Assembly (NCBI GenBank): GCA_965219415.1
Contig: OZ244742.1
Span: 1,440,001-1,504,000 of the forward strand
Length of the DNA: 64,000 nt
From: Candidatus Marinacidobacterales bacterium
GTDB taxonomy: Bacteria > Acidobacteriota > Vicinamibacteria > Marinacidobacterales > DATDRI01
Reading direction: 5' to 3'
The notes under the pieces are model-generated. The model was not told the origin of the DNA and made no database searches. It worked only from the letters and a program-made list of their open reading frames with translations. Made by a program: the position numbers and the translations under genes. Each line of letters begins with the position of its first letter. Within the stretch, counting starts at the first letter, position 1. This document shows positions 9,889 to 21,404 of the stretch, one piece after another.

Positions 9889-9942
9889 GAATGTCACAAA
9901 GGTGAAGAAGGTCTACTTAGATCAACCGAACCTCGGGACCAC

Positions 9943-10851
9943 CTAACTCGGGGTCGCAAGGACAACGAGCGGCCGGAATTGGGGCAATTCCGCAGTCGCC
10001 ACTCCAACTGCGAGGAGCTCCCCTTCGGGACCCAAGAGCCGGCAAGCCTGCCCTGCGGGTACGTCAGGAACTAGCCCCTCGATATCGGATGGCGTTATCG
10101 TGCGACCGTGACGAACCCGTGACGCCGCCTGGGCCCCTAATCGAAGCGCCGGAAGATTAGAAAGGGCTTCGGCTGGATCCAAAACTGCGCGGGCCACCCC
10201 CCCTTCTCGCGCCAAGGACTCCAGTTTGGGAAGCGTCCAAGCTTGCTCCACTCGAAAAGGCCCCACTCGCGAGCGGCGAAGCCCCACCAGATGTGCGCCG
10301 CACCCCATCCGTTTCCCGAGATCATGGGCCAAAGAACGAATATAGGTCCCGGCCCCAACCTCGGTCTCCAACGTGACCCGGTTGCCTTCCATTTCTACGA
10401 GCCGGATAGAGTGGATCACGACTTTGACCGGGCGCGCCGGGGCCGGTCGACCGGCCCTTGCCAATTTATACATTCTTTGGCCGTTGATCTTCTTCGCCGC
10501 AAAAGGTGGCGGCACTTGATCTTGATCTCCGAGGAACTCGGCGAACTCTGACTCTATCGTGCCTCGGTCCAAGTTGACGTCCATCCCCGGACCCAGCGGG
10601 CGCCCTGTAAGATCGTACGTGTCGGTGGCGAACCCGAATCGCAGCACCGCAACGTACGTCTTCGCAGCGCCGGAAACGAAACGGGCGAGGCGCGTCGCGC
10701 GCCCCAGGCACAGCGGCAGCAAACCCGTCGCGAAGGGGTCGAGCGTCCCGGTGTGACCGACGCGCCTCTGACTGGTGAGGCGCCGAACCGACTGCACGAC
10801 GTCATGGGACGTGGGCCCTTTTGGCTTGTCGACGAGAACGATACCGGTCAT
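9943..10851 (-). CDS. truB: tRNA pseudouridine(55) synthase
   Basis: DKPKGPTSHDVV, GHTGTLDPFATG and GTYIRSLAHDLG motifs. Confidence 0.97.
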   Translation of the reverse strand: MTGIVLVDKPKGPTSHDVVQSVRRLTSQRRVGHTGTLDPFATGLLPLCLGRATRLARFVSGAAKTYVAVLRFGFATDTYDLTGRPLGPGMDVNLDRGTIESEFAEFLGDQDQVPPPFAAKKINGQRMYKLARAGRPAPARPVKVVIHSIRLVEMEGNRVTLETEVGAGTYIRSLAHDLGKRMGCGAHLVGLRRSRVGPFRVEQAWTLPKLESLAREGGVARAVLDPAEALSNLPALRLGAQAASRVRHGRTITPSDIEGLVPDVPAGQACRLLGPEGELLAVGVATAELPQFRPLVVLATPS

Positions 10852-11255
10852 GAGCGTCCTAAGGTTTCTTCTTCCGGATTCTCAGTGAAATCGTCCGGTG
10901 CGTTTGCACGCGCCTCCTCGATGAGCTTTTCGAGTCGTATTCCATACTCGACGGAGGGATCGAACGTGAAACGCACTTCCGGCGAGACCCGGAGACCAAG
11001 TCGCTGTCCGAGAAGCCGACGCACGAACCCGGAAGCGCCATCCAAAGCGGCCATCGTTCGTTCCTGCTCCTCCGCAGCCCCCAAAACGCTTACGTAAATC
11101 TTGGCCACCTTGAGATCCCCCGACACTTGAACTCGCGTGCAAGTTGCAAGACCGACGCGGGGATCTTTGACATCACGTTGCAAGATCACCGCGATCTCCA
11201 TACGGATCTGTTCGGCTACTCTCTCCGGTCGGATGCGGGCCCCATTTCTCGGCAC
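10848..11255 (-). CDS. rbfA: Ribosome-binding factor A
   Basis: RPERVAEQI, VKDPR and PEVRFTFDPS motifs; position in the infB operon. Confidence 0.95.
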   Translation of the reverse strand: MPRNGARIRPERVAEQIRMEIAVILQRDVKDPRVGLATCTRVQVSGDLKVAKIYVSVLGAAEEQERTMAALDGASGFVRRLLGQRLGLRVSPEVRFTFDPSVEYGIRLEKLIEEARANAPDDFTENPEEETLGRS

Positions 11256-11297
11256 GGCTGATCTCCCTCCGATTGCATCATAGGCTATGGTCGCGGT

Positions 11298-11630
11298 TCA
11301 GTCGATGAGCTCGATCGCGATGTCGACCAACTCCGATGGGTACCGGTCTTCGACGTCGTGGGCCATCGATTCGAGCATCGATTCGAGATGGCGTCGGTCC
11401 GCGCTGACCGATACCGCGGACACCATCGCCCTCTGCCATAGTTCCTGGTAGCCCGTCTCGGCGACGGCGGCGTTGAAACGTGCCCGCAGACGGTCCTTGA
11501 TCCCCTTGACCACCATACGCTTTTCCTTCAAGGAGTGAGAATGAGGAAAGTGAAGCTCAATGGTCAGGAGCCCGAGGAGGGGCTCGCCCTTTTCGATACC
11601 GCGATTCTTGCTCTTCCGGCGGCGGGACAC
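11298..11630 (-). CDS. DUF503 (YlxP-like) protein
   Basis: HSLKEKRMVVK...RFNAAVAE...Q.LWQR motif; lies between infB and rbfA; start uncertain. Confidence 0.85.
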   Translation of the reverse strand: MSRRRKSKNRGIEKGEPLLGLLTIELHFPHSHSLKEKRMVVKGIKDRLRARFNAAVAETGYQELWQRAMVSAVSVSADRRHLESMLESMAHDVEDRYPSELVDIAIELID

Positions 11631-11637
11631 CGGTCTA

Positions 11638-14409
11638 CTAGACCGAAGCGGCCGGGACCTGCTCGACCGCGTAGATCTCGATCACGTCACCAATCTTAAC
11701 GTCGTTGTAACCCGCGATTCCGATACCACACTCGAAGCCTTGCTTGACCTCTGCTGCGTCATCCTTGAAGCGCTTCAAGCTCTCGACCTTGCCCTCGTAG
11801 ATGATGACGTTGTCTCTAAGTAGGCGAGCACCTCCAGAGCGGGTCACTTTGCCGTCGGTAACGTAGCAGCCTGCTATGGTGCCAACCTTAGGAACCTTGA
11901 AGGTGTTGCGAATTTCCGCGCGTCCCACGGTGGTTTCCTTGAAGGTGGGCTCGAGAAGTCCCGTCAAAGCCTTCTTGATCTCATCGGTGACGTTGTAAAT
12001 CACGGTATGGAGGCGGACGTCGATACTCTCTTTCTCCGCCAACTCTTCCGCAGTCCTCTCTGGTCTTGCATTGAAGCCGACGATGATCGCGTTCGAGACC
12101 GAGGCCAAGTGTACGTCGGCCTCGGTAATGGCGCCGGCTCCGGCACGAATGATCTTCACCTTCACTTTTTCCCCGGAAAGCTTGGTCAGGGTGTCGGACA
12201 AAACTTCCACCGAGCCCTGCACGTCGGCCTTCAGCACGATCGGCAGTTCCTTGACGGTGCCCTCTTCCACCTGTTGGTGGAGCTGATCCAACGTCAATCG
12301 GGAGCTTTGAGCCTGCAGGCGCTCTTTCAGTTTCTGCTGCCGGAACTCGCCGATCTGCCTAGCCTTGGTGCTCTCGAGTACCTGGAACTGGTCCCCGGCC
12401 TGGGGCAACGACGCGAGTCCCAAGATCTCGATTGGCGTCGCGGGATCGACTCTCTTCACTTTGTGTCCCCGATCATCGATCATGGCGCGGATCTTCCCAT
12501 GCACCGCTCCGGCGATAAACGAATCGCCGATCCGAGCGGTCCCATTCTGAATGAGTACGTGTGCGACAGGGCCTTTGCCTTTGTCAATTTTGGCTTCCAA
12601 CACCGTACCCATCGCCGCCCGCTTTGGATTTGCCTTGAGCTCCTGAATGTCCGCGACCAGCAGAACCATCTCCAACAATAGGTCCAAGCCTTGTTGTTGT
12701 TTCGCCGATACTTCGACGAAGACCGAGCTGCCCCCCCAATCTTCGGGCAGGAGACCGAGATCTGCTAATTGTTTCTTGACGCGCTCGGCATTGGCCTCCG
12801 GCTTGTCGATCTTGTTGATCGCCACCATCAGCGGAACCCCCGCCGCCTTGGCGTGGTCGATGGCCTCCACGGTTTGAGGCATGACGCCGTCGTCGGCCGC
12901 GACCACCAGGACCACCAAGTCGGTCACCCGAGCACCGCGGGCACGCATCATCGTGAAAGCCTCGTGGCCGGGGGTGTCCAAGAAGACGATGCTACGCCCA
13001 TTCACGGCAACCTTATAGGCGCCTATGTGTTGGGTAATGCCCCCCGCCTCTTTCTCCACGACCTTGGTCTGCCGAATGGCGTCGAGAAGACTCGTCTTTC
13101 CGTGGTCGACGTGACCCATAACCGTGACCACCGGCGCGCGCGCAGCGAGATCCTCCGGTTTTTCCTCGACCGTCTCCTCTCGGAAAACATCTTCCTCGAA
13201 AGACAGTATTTCGGCTTCCGCCCCAAATTCGCGCGCCACCTCGACCGCGAGCTCGGTCTCTAAGGTTTGGTTGATAGTAGCGAGGAGTCCGCGGTTCATC
13301 AAAGACTTGATGAGGTCCTTGTGCTTGACCTCCATCTTCTCCGCAAGCTCTTTCACGGTGACACCTTCGGTCAAGGTGATTTTGCGAAAGACTTGGGGAG
13401 CAGCTGGCTTGGCGGTTTCTTTCGGTTCCGGGATCGCCTGTTCTTCGACCTCTGCCGCGGTAGCGCGCGCCCTTCGGTGAGATTCCTTGGTCCGCGGTTT
13501 GGCATCCGGGCGCCGCCGATGAACGGTCTTGATCGGTGCCGCCGGTCGCGGCGGGGGAGGTATCGGCTTCATCGCGCCGCCCCGTGTCTGGGCTGGCTGC
13601 CGCGGCCGAATCACCGTCGACGTCGGACCGGGAACGAACGCTGATGCTCTTGTCGCACCGGCCCCCTGCCCGCGCGCCATCGATGGCGCACCCGCCATGG
13701 CGCCGCCAGTCGGGGAAGAGGGTGCCACCGGTGGCAGTGGAGGCGTCCTGGTGGCGTGCGGAGCCGGTGAAGGCGCTGGTTTCTCCGCACGCTGGGCTCC
13801 GAGCTCGGCGGACAACGCTTCGGTCCCTTCGGCCCTTTCGGGCAGGCGCCTACCTGCTGCGTCGACTTCGGCGACTTCAGCGACATTAGCACCTGGCGCC
13901 GCCTCCGCATCTTCCACCAACCCTGAATCGACTCGGGCACGCTCATCCACTTCTACCTGAAGAGCCTCCTGCTCCTCGAGTAGCGCGGCCAGTCTGGCTG
14001 CTTCTTCTCGCGCAGCTTGTTCGGCGGCTACTCTCTCAGCCTCTTCACGCTCTTGGGCCGCTCGTTCCTCGGCCAGCTTTCGTCTCTCCTCCGCGCGCTC
14101 CTCTTCTTCGAATTCGGCGAGAAGCGCCTTGCGAGCGCGTGCGGCGCGTTCCTTGCTCGAGCTCCGCGCTCGATCTTCCTTGGATTGAGCAGGATCGGTA
14201 ACGCTCGCCCTAGCCTTCGCCTTGGCAGAACCAATGGCACCGGCCCCTTCGAGGCGAATGAGCCTTTTCAGCTTGATCGCAACGTCTTCTTCGATGGTAC
14301 TGGAGGCAGACTTGACCCTGATCTGGAGTTTGTCCTTGAGAAGTTGGATGGTCCGAGGGCTAGTGATACCGATATCGCGAGCCAGCTCGTAAACCCTGAC
14401 CTTGTCCAT
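11638..14409 (-). CDS. infB: Translation initiation factor IF-2
   Basis: KVRVYELA N-terminus; G-domain [17 protein letters not shown]; SLKRFKDD. Confidence 0.98.
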   Translation of the reverse strand: MDKVRVYELARDIGITSPRTIQLLKDKLQIRVKSASSTIEEDVAIKLKRLIRLEGAGAIGSAKAKARASVTDPAQSKEDRARSSSKERAARARKALLAEFEEEERAEERRKLAEERAAQEREEAERVAAEQAAREEAARLAALLEEQEALQVEVDERARVDSGLVEDAEAAPGANVAEVAEVDAAGRRLPERAEGTEALSAELGAQRAEKPAPSPAPHATRTPPLPPVAPSSPTGGAMAGAPSMARGQGAGATRASAFVPGPTSTVIRPRQPAQTRGGAMKPIPPPPRPAAPIKTVHRRRPDAKPRTKESHRRARATAAEVEEQAIPEPKETAKPAAPQVFRKITLTEGVTVKELAEKMEVKHKDLIKSLMNRGLLATINQTLETELAVEVAREFGAEAEILSFEEDVFREETVEEKPEDLAARAPVVTVMGHVDHGKTSLLDAIRQTKVVEKEAGGITQHIGAYKVAVNGRSIVFLDTPGHEAFTMMRARGARVTDLVVLVVAADDGVMPQTVEAIDHAKAAGVPLMVAINKIDKPEANAERVKKQLADLGLLPEDWGGSSVFVEVSAKQQQGLDLLLEMVLLVADIQELKANPKRAAMGTVLEAKIDKGKGPVAHVLIQNGTARIGDSFIAGAVHGKIRAMIDDRGHKVKRVDPATPIEILGLASLPQAGDQFQVLESTKARQIGEFRQQKLKERLQAQSSRLTLDQLHQQVEEGTVKELPIVLKADVQGSVEVLSDTLTKLSGEKVKVKIIRAGAGAITEADVHLASVSNAIIVGFNARPERTAEELAEKESIDVRLHTVIYNVTDEIKKALTGLLEPTFKETTVGRAEIRNTFKVPKVGTIAGCYVTDGKVTRSGGARLLRDNVIIYEGKVESLKRFKDDAAEVKQGFECGIGIAGYNDVKIGDVIEIYAVEQVPAASV

Positions 14410-15842
14410 CAGTGCTCACCTCCCGAACCTTCCGATTCTGGCTCGCCGACGCTCGATTGTAGATCGTGCGCGATCTCGCCAACCGGAAGTGGTTCTTCGG
14501 TGGCCTCCAGCAAAGCCGGCTCTTCGACCGGCGCCACATCCTCCGTTGTTTCGCTTCCCGTGGGCCCTTCGGCGAGCGGCGGCACACTGGCTAAGTGATC
14601 CCTAGCAGCAGCGACGATTTTCTCCGCGGTTTTTGCTCCAATGCCTGGAATCTCGGTCAAGGAATCGGGTTCGAGCGATGCCACCTCCTCCACCGTGGTG
14701 AAACCCTGCTCCGCCAGCCTCTCTAACGTTTTCTCGCCGAGTCCTTTCACGGTGCTGAGCGGCGTCTGCGTGGTTGCCATGGCGTCCATCTGGCTTTGCA
14801 CTTCCAATTTCTTTTCTTCCTCACTCCTGATGTCGATTCGCCAACCGATGAGCCTGGCCGCCAAGCGGACGTTCTGCCCCTTTTTTCCGATCGCCAACGA
14901 GAGCTGCTTGTCCTCGACGATGACCTCCATGACCTTCTCTCTTTCGTCGACAATGGACACGCGGCTCACCTTGGCAGGGTTGAGCGCGTTGATCGCGAAC
15001 GTGCGAGGATCGTCGTCCCACTCTACGATATCGATTTTCTCTCCTCGCAGCTCGCGGATAATGTTCTGAACCCGCGACCCCTTGATACCGACGCAGGCTC
15101 CCACGGGATCCACGTCTTTGTCTTTCGAAAAAACCGCGACCTTGGCACGATCTCCAGGCTCCCGCACCGCATTTTTTACCACCACCGTGCCTTCATAGAT
15201 CTCGGGAACCTCCATTTCGAACAACCTGGCCAACAGCGCGGGGTCGGTTCGAGACACGACGACCTGCGGCCCACGCGAGGTACGCAACACCCGGACGATG
15301 GCCACTCGAATACGCTCTCCGGCGTTGAACACCTCGGCTCGCGACTGCTCCCTTCGAGGCAAAACGGCCTCGGTACGTCCGAGGTCCACCACCAGGTCGC
15401 CGTTTTCTGCCCGCTTGACAATTCCCGTCAGAAGTTGCGCGATACGATCGCCAAACTCGCTGAAAATGTTGTCCCGCTCCGCCTCCCTTACCTTCTGGAA
15501 GATCACCTGCTTTGCGGTCTGGGCTGCGATGCGACCGAGGGCGGCGGTGGGCTTGTGTACTTCCATTTCCTCGCCAAGTTTCGCGCTGGATTGGGCGTGC
15601 TTTGCTTCCCTCAAGGAGATCTCGATATCGGGTGTGATCACCGAATCCACGACGGTCTTGAGGGTGAAGACCTCGATGTTCCCAGTTTCTCGATTCAGCC
15701 GAGCGCGGAGATCCTCTTCAGTCCGGTAGTACTTCTTGGTAGCGGTAACGATCGCGTCCTCAACGGCACCGATGATCACGTCCGGATCGATGCCCTTCTC
15801 TCGACTGATCTGTTCGATCGTTTGATATAGAAGGCTACTCAT
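14409..15842 (-). CDS. nusA: Transcription termination/antitermination factor NusA
   Basis: GRIAAQTAKQVI, DPVGACVG and AIGKKGQNVRLA motifs plus C-terminal HhH repeats. Confidence 0.98.
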   Translation of the reverse strand: MSSLLYQTIEQISREKGIDPDVIIGAVEDAIVTATKKYYRTEEDLRARLNRETGNIEVFTLKTVVDSVITPDIEISLREAKHAQSSAKLGEEMEVHKPTAALGRIAAQTAKQVIFQKVREAERDNIFSEFGDRIAQLLTGIVKRAENGDLVVDLGRTEAVLPRREQSRAEVFNAGERIRVAIVRVLRTSRGPQVVVSRTDPALLARLFEMEVPEIYEGTVVVKNAVREPGDRAKVAVFSKDKDVDPVGACVGIKGSRVQNIIRELRGEKIDIVEWDDDPRTFAINALNPAKVSRVSIVDEREKVMEVIVEDKQLSLAIGKKGQNVRLAARLIGWRIDIRSEEEKKLEVQSQMDAMATTQTPLSTVKGLGEKTLERLAEQGFTTVEEVASLEPDSLTEIPGIGAKTAEKIVAAARDHLASVPPLAEGPTGSETTEDVAPVEEPALLEATEEPLPVGEIAHDLQSSVGEPESEGSGGEH

Positions 15843-16336
15843 TACCTTTTTCCTGTCAGCCGACGCTGCTCCGGCGAGAACTCTACCTCCAACCGGGCAC
15901 TCTCGATGATCGGGAACCGAATACTAGTCCGCTCACCGCTTTCCTCCAAAAACACTGACTCTCCCTCGACTCCCGCGAGTCTTCCCCGGAACTGATTTTT
16001 CCCATCAAGCTGCTCCCGGGTCTTAATCTTCGCCAGCCTTCCAGTGAAGCGCTCGTAGTCCTTCATGCTCCAGAGCGGTCGATCCAATCCTGGCGTACTG
16101 ACCTCGAGTGTGTAGCTCGCCTCAATGGGATCTTCCACGTCCAGCAGCACACTCAGACGTTCGTTGACTCGCTCGCACTCTTCGAGTCCGACACCTTCCT
16201 CGCGGTCGATAAACACTCTAAAGACCCCGGAACCACCGGCTTGCTTGAGCTCGACCCAAGCGATCTCGATACCCAGCGGCTTGGCGGCCCGATCGGCCAG
16301 CTCCTTTAGTCTGGGGAGCAGGCTTTCGTCTTGCAT
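15842..16336 (-). CDS. rimP: Ribosome maturation factor RimP
   Basis: YTLEVSTPGLDRPL motif; first gene of the nusA operon. Confidence 0.96.
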   Translation of the reverse strand: MQDESLLPRLKELADRAAKPLGIEIAWVELKQAGGSGVFRVFIDREEGVGLEECERVNERLSVLLDVEDPIEASYTLEVSTPGLDRPLWSMKDYERFTGRLAKIKTREQLDGKNQFRGRLAGVEGESVFLEESGERTSIRFPIIESARLEVEFSPEQRRLTGKR

Positions 16337-16433
16337 GACGGTGCTGGGCGCAGTACAAGTGCTGATTTCGCCCTCCTAATCCCTCTGGCTGTCCCATCGG
16401 GAGCCGCCCGAAAGGCATTTCGGGCGGTCAACC

Positions 16434-16462
16434 AATAAAAAAAGTGGGCAAATGCCCACTCT
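16434..16462 (-). terminator. rimP-leader hairpin with U-tract (attenuator-like)
   Basis: Minus strand AGTGGGC-ATTT-GCCCACT followed by a T-run, downstream of a TTGATC-N18-TATAGT promoter (16484-16513); second hairpin CCGCCCGAAA/TTTCGGGCGG at 16404-16427. Confidence 0.7.
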
Positions 16463-16576
16463 GTGGACTCTCGACTGCGTACAACTATAGTCTAACCGGC
16501 TAGCTCAGATCAAGCATCAGATGAACGACTTGAGCCAAATGAAGCACTTACCGGGAATCGCCTTCCGTCGTCCCCA

Positions 16577-17908
16577 TCAGCCAACGATCCGACCCACCAA
16601 ATCATAAGGATGGGCCTCCGTTACCTCCACGGTTACAAAGTCGCCAAGTTTCGCGGCGCCCTCATTGATTAATACCCCACCGTCTATCTCCGGCGCCTGA
16701 CCTTCCGTCCTTCCCCGAAGGAGCAGACCCGTCTCCCCCGACGGGCCCTCCACCAACACCCTTTGACGGCTCCCCACGAGCTTTTGATTCTTGCGCAGGG
16801 AGATGGTGCCCTGCTGTTCCATCAGCAGGTGTCTTCGTTCCTCTTTCTCCGCCGAGGACACGGTCTCAATCTGCACGAAGGCTTCGGTATCCTCCTCGTT
16901 CGAATAGGTGAAGACCCCCACATTGTCGAGCTCCACGTCGCGGCAAAACTGCAAGAGGTCGTCGAAGTCGACTCTCGCTTCGCCCGGGAAGCCGACGATG
17001 AAGGAGCTGCGCAACGATACCCGTGGTACGGCACGACGGATGCGTTCGAGCAGCTTTTCATTGCTCGCTCTCGTTCCTGGGCGTTTCATTGCCTTGAGAA
17101 TGCGGTCGCTCGCGTGTTGCAGTGGTATATCGAGGTAGAGGCAGACGCGAGGCTCGGTTGCCATGACCTCGAGCACTTCGTCAGTGACCGTGGTCGGGTA
17201 GGCGTATAGCACGCGCACCCATTCGAGTCCGTCCACTGCCGCGAGCCCTTGGAGCAAGTCGGCAAGGCTGGCGTTCTGGTCGAGCTCCGCACCGTAGCGG
17301 GTCGTGTCCTGTGCAATGAGGACCAGTTCTCTGATCCCTTGCTTCACGAGGGACTCTGCCTCAGAGAGAATGGACTCCGGCGTCCGGCTTCGATAGTGCC
17401 CCCGTATCTTTGGAATGATGCAGAAGGTGCAGGGGTAGTCGCAACCTTCCGAGATCTTCACATAGGCGTAGGGGCGCGGCGTGGTGAGCACGCGGGGGGC
17501 GAGGTGATCGTAAAGATAGACGACCGAACCGTCGGCCCGGAGATTCGGAACCTGCCGGTCTTGGCCCTCCGACGCGGACACAATCGAGTCCAGTTGGTCC
17601 AGTCCAATCACCGCATCCACCTCAGGAATCTCCCGGGCGATCTCGTCGGCGTAGCGTTGCGCCAAACATCCCGAGACGATGAGACGTCGGCAACGTCCTT
17701 CCTGCTTGTGCCGCGCCATCTCGAGGATCGTATCGATGCTCTCCTGCTTCGCTCGGTCGATGAATCCGCAGGTGTTGACGACCAATACCTCTGCCTCCGA
17801 CGGATCTGAGGTGGGCTGGTACCCCGCCTTGGTTAGATGCCCCAACATCACCTCCGTGTCCACGAGGTTCTTGGGGCAGCCTAGGCTTACGAATCCAATT
17901 TTCTTCAT
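16577..17908 (-). CDS. rimO: Ribosomal protein S12 methylthiotransferase
   Basis: SLGCPKNLVD, VNTCGFI, radical SAM CDYPCTFC and APEIDG TRAM motifs. Confidence 0.96.
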   Translation of the reverse strand: MKKIGFVSLGCPKNLVDTEVMLGHLTKAGYQPTSDPSEAEVLVVNTCGFIDRAKQESIDTILEMARHKQEGRCRRLIVSGCLAQRYADEIAREIPEVDAVIGLDQLDSIVSASEGQDRQVPNLRADGSVVYLYDHLAPRVLTTPRPYAYVKISEGCDYPCTFCIIPKIRGHYRSRTPESILSEAESLVKQGIRELVLIAQDTTRYGAELDQNASLADLLQGLAAVDGLEWVRVLYAYPTTVTDEVLEVMATEPRVCLYLDIPLQHASDRILKAMKRPGTRASNEKLLERIRRAVPRVSLRSSFIVGFPGEARVDFDDLLQFCRDVELDNVGVFTYSNEEDTEAFVQIETVSSAEKEERRHLLMEQQGTISLRKNQKLVGSRQRVLVEGPSGETGLLLRGRTEGQAPEIDGGVLINEGAAKLGDFVTVEVTEAHPYDLVGRIVG

Positions 17909-17969
17909 GGGCAGGCGTTCAGCGTAGCGAAAAACCGATCGGCTCGCAAATCCCCTGCAAATTTTGACG

Positions 17970-19268
17970 CTAGGGGGAGAGTCGGTAGAGCATACGTGGA
18001 AAGGGAATCGATTCTCGAAGATGCTCCAGCTTGCAGATCCAGGCTACCACTCGCTCGATACCCATACCGAAGCCGGAATGCGGAACGCTTCCATAACGGC
18101 GCAGATCGAGGTACCAAGAAAAGGCCTCTTCCGGCAACTTGTGGTCCCGGATCCGTTTCCGGAGGAGCTCTAGATCATGTATGCGCTGACTCCCACCTAT
18201 GATCTCGCCGTAGCCCTCCGGCGCGAGAACATCGACGCACAGTGCAGTCTCCGGCCGATCGGGATCGGGCTCCATGTAGAAAGCCTTGACCGCGCTCGGA
18301 TAACAGGTGATCGCGACCGGCCGTTGGTGAGCCCGCGACAGCATCTCCTCATCTTGCGCACCGAAGTCGGAACCCCATTCGAAAGCGTTGCCCTCCCTTT
18401 TTAGCGACTCGACCGCCTGGTCATAGGTGATTCGAGGAAACGGTTTTTTCACTTCCTCGAGGGGCGCGAGGTCCCTTTCTAAAACCTTCAGCTCTTCGCG
18501 TCTCTTCTCCAATACGGATTCGACGACGAAGCAAACGAAATCTTCGGCGAGCTCGATGATGTCATCCAAAAGGGCATAGGCGACCTCGGGCTCGATCATC
18601 CAGAACTCGATGAGATGGCGCCGTGTCTTGGACTTTTCGGCCCTGAAAGTTGGGCCGAAACAGTAGGTCTTACCCACCGACATCGCGACCGCCTCGTTGT
18701 ATAGCTGGCCGCTCTGGGTGAGGTACGCCCTCTCCCCGAAGTAGTCGGTCTCGAAGAGAGTGGTCGTCCCTTCGCTCGCGTTGGGAGTGAAGATCGGAGT
18801 GTCAGCCAGTATGAAGCCCCGGTCGTCGAAAAAATTACGGCAGGCGGAAATAATCTCGTGTCGAATCCTCAGGATGGCGTGTTGACGGCGGGAACGAAGC
18901 CACAGATGTCGGTTGTCGAGCAAGAAGGCGACGCCGTGCTCCTTGGGGCCTATCGGATACTCTTCCGCGATCTGCACAGGTTCTAGGTCGCAAAGCTCCA
19001 GCTCATAGCCGCCCGGAGCTCGGTCGTCCTTACGTACTTTTCCCCGAACGACGAGGGAGCTTTCCGTGGTGAGCCCCTTGGCGCGCTCCCAAACCTCTTG
19101 GGGCACTTCCGCCTTGGAGATAACACCCTGGATGAAGCCGGAGCCGTCTCGCAGGATCAAGAATTGGATCTTCCCGCTAGAACGACGGTTCACGAGCCAG
19201 CCCTTGAGCGTGACCTCCTTTCCGCCGTGGCTAGAAATGTCTCCGATATATACCTGGGTCGAGCTCAT
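17970..19268 (-). CDS. asnS: Asparagine--tRNA ligase
   Basis: OB fold; [21 protein letters not shown] and [15 protein letters not shown] motifs. Confidence 0.96.
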   Translation of the reverse strand: MSSTQVYIGDISSHGGKEVTLKGWLVNRRSSGKIQFLILRDGSGFIQGVISKAEVPQEVWERAKGLTTESSLVVRGKVRKDDRAPGGYELELCDLEPVQIAEEYPIGPKEHGVAFLLDNRHLWLRSRRQHAILRIRHEIISACRNFFDDRGFILADTPIFTPNASEGTTTLFETDYFGERAYLTQSGQLYNEAVAMSVGKTYCFGPTFRAEKSKTRRHLIEFWMIEPEVAYALLDDIIELAEDFVCFVVESVLEKRREELKVLERDLAPLEEVKKPFPRITYDQAVESLKREGNAFEWGSDFGAQDEEMLSRAHQRPVAITCYPSAVKAFYMEPDPDRPETALCVDVLAPEGYGEIIGGSQRIHDLELLRKRIRDHKLPEEAFSWYLDLRRYGSVPHSGFGMGIERVVAWICKLEHLRESIPFPRMLYRLSP

Positions 19269-19281
19269 CGAATCAGCTCCT

Positions 19282-20316
19282 TCATGTCATTTCCGGGAGG
19301 TGGGCAGCGAGCACCCGTCTCAAACCATCCCACGCCGTCCGCTCAGAATGCCGTGCCAGATTGGACCTCACCATCTCGAGCGTATAAGGAACGTAGCGCT
19401 CATAGAACGACTTGCCCCTGACCGCAATCTGATTGCCGAACGTGCCAAGCGCTTTCAAATTTCGTTGCAATGCCGTCAAATCGAATTCTTCCTCGAGGCT
19501 CCTGCGATCGGTCGACGTGGCTAGAAGGAACTGTTCTTTGAACTCCTCGACAAACTCCGCTTCCAGTTCCACGTACGAATCCCGCAGCAGCGAGACCAAA
19601 TCATAACTTACCGGGCCCATACGCGCGTCCTGAAAATCGATCACCACCAGGTCGCTCCCCACGAGAAGGAGGTTCCGAGAATGATAATCACGGTGACAAA
19701 GAACACGCGGGCGAGCGGCAAGCTCGGTGGCGATGTTCCGGAAAGCGCTGTCCAGCGCCTCCAGCTCGGGGGCGCCGAGCAAGACCTTGCGGAACCCCTC
19801 GAGAAAATGCTTCCTAAAGAAAGATAGCTCCCAATGGAGCTTGTTTTGGTCGAAAGCCAATCCGTAGGGGAGATACTTGGTGCTTTCTAAAGCCACCCCG
19901 CGCTCTTGAACACGCGCCAGAATGCCGATCGACTGCCGATAGAGACTCTTCTTCGTCTTGGTGTCGGCATTTTCCACCACCGTCTGGAGGAGCTCGTCGC
20001 CACAATCCTCCAACAGCAAAATGCCTTCCGGGCCAGAGACATCATGTATCTTTGGAACGCGCACCGGCATCTCTTGGAAGAGCCGAGCCACGTTCAAGAA
20101 AGGCTCGCGCTCCGGGTCGAAGGGCTCTGGCAGCAGCGCGAGCACCATGGTCTGCAGCCCCGAACCACCGGATAGGTCCACTCGGTAGTAACTGCGTGTC
20201 GAGGCATCCCCGGCAAGAGCCGTTACCGAACCCACCGGAAGACCTTCTTTATTTCGACGACCCAGGTAGCGAACGATCCTGGGATCGATGGATTGGTCTG
20301 CGGGGTCTATCGACAT
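19282..20316 (-). CDS. amgK: APH-family phosphotransferase, probable anomeric MurNAc/GlcNAc kinase
   Basis: [27 protein letters not shown] and [10 protein letters not shown] motifs; coupled to a nucleotidyltransferase gene. Confidence 0.75.
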   Translation of the reverse strand: MSIDPADQSIDPRIVRYLGRRNKEGLPVGSVTALAGDASTRSYYRVDLSGGSGLQTMVLALLPEPFDPEREPFLNVARLFQEMPVRVPKIHDVSGPEGILLLEDCGDELLQTVVENADTKTKKSLYRQSIGILARVQERGVALESTKYLPYGLAFDQNKLHWELSFFRKHFLEGFRKVLLGAPELEALDSAFRNIATELAARPRVLCHRDYHSRNLLLVGSDLVVIDFQDARMGPVSYDLVSLLRDSYVELEAEFVEEFKEQFLLATSTDRRSLEEEFDLTALQRNLKALGTFGNQIAVRGKSFYERYVPYTLEMVRSNLARHSERTAWDGLRRVLAAHLPEMT

Positions 20317-21404
20317 CAAACCTTGATTTCCGCCACCACGCAGTCTCCAACGACTTCCCGGGCTCGGATCGCGGCCCGTTCCGACTGGAGGCGCACCATA
20401 ACCTTCCCGACGGTACTCGTGGAGGCGGCCAAAGATACGTCACTCGCTATTACGCATTTGCGAACCAGTGCGTCTTCGGAAACCGTGACCCGGTCCCAGA
20501 GCACCGCGCTTTGTATCCTTGCGCCGCGCTCCACGACGCAGTCCGCACCGAGAATCGTTGTGCCGGAGAAATGGGCCCCCGGATCGACCCGAGTGCCAGG
20601 ACCGACTAGTACGGTGGTCCCCGGAGGCGAGCCGGCGGGCGGCTCGATGGATTGACTCTTGAACAAACCCTTCTCCACTAACTGCTCGCAGGCATTCAGG
20701 TACCGTTCTGGCGTCCCGATATCGAACCAAGTCGTATCGGCAACGTAACCAAAGACCGAGCCTTCGGCGATGAGCGTCGGGAGTAGGTCCACCTCGAGCC
20801 GGGCGAAGCGGCCTCGGTGCAGATGCTCGAAAACGGAGGGCTCTAGCACCCAAACCCCGGCGAACATGAGAGGCGAGGCAGAAGGGTCCGTTTTGTGACT
20901 CCTTTGGCCGATCGAAATAACGCGGCCGTCCTCTGCGATGCCCAACTCCGTGTAATCGCTACGTGAAGGCTTGGGACGCAAGAGCAAAGTAGCCGTCGCA
21001 TTCTTGCCACGATGCCAATCGATCAGTCCACCTAAGTCGACGTCGACGATCGTGTCTCCGTTGAGGACCACGAAGCTCCCTCCCGCGAGAAGCTCCTCGG
21101 CCTGCTTGAGTCCCCCCGCTGTGCCGAGAAGCTCCGCCTCTCGAGAATAATGGAGGGAGAAATCCTGGCGCTCGTCCATAGCCTCCAGCACTTCGACGAT
21201 GCTCTCGGGGTGGTGGTGGAGGTTGACGATCACTTCGCGAATGCCCGCCTCGCGAAGTAGCTCCATCGCAAACTCAATCGGGGTGGCTCCCAGGAGAGGG
21301 ATCGCCGGTTTCGCCCAATAAACGGTCAGCGGCCTCAAACGCCGCCCCTCCCCTGCCGCGAGCACCATGGCCATGGCCTTCACCGCTCTCGTCGGCGGCG
21401 TCAT
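20316..21404 (-). CDS. murU: NDP-sugar nucleotidyltransferase, MurU-like, with hexapeptide-repeat tail
   Basis: AMVLAAGEGRRLRPLT, LGTAGG, NGD and WFDIGTPE motifs; adjacent to the amgK-like gene; exact start uncertain. Confidence 0.65.
   Translation of the reverse strand: MTPPTRAVKAMAMVLAAGEGRRLRPLTVYWAKPAIPLLGATPIEFAMELLREAGIREVIVNLHHHPESIVEVLEAMDERQDFSLHYSREAELLGTAGGLKQAEELLAGGSFVVLNGDTIVDVDLGGLIDWHRGKNATATLLLRPKPSRSDYTELGIAEDGRVISIGQRSHKTDPSASPLMFAGVWVLEPSVFEHLHRGRFARLEVDLLPTLIAEGSVFGYVADTTWFDIGTPERYLNACEQLVEKGLFKSQSIEPPAGSPPGTTVLVGPGTRVDPGAHFSGTTILGADCVVERGARIQSAVLWDRVTVSEDALVRKCVIASDVSLAASTSTVGKVMVRLQSERAAIRAREVVGDCVVAEIKV

Noticed and set aside
14796-15830. 344-aa plus-strand ORF, and similar shadows over infB, smc and the DUF4097 genes
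   Set aside because: Antisense to nusA and other well-supported genes
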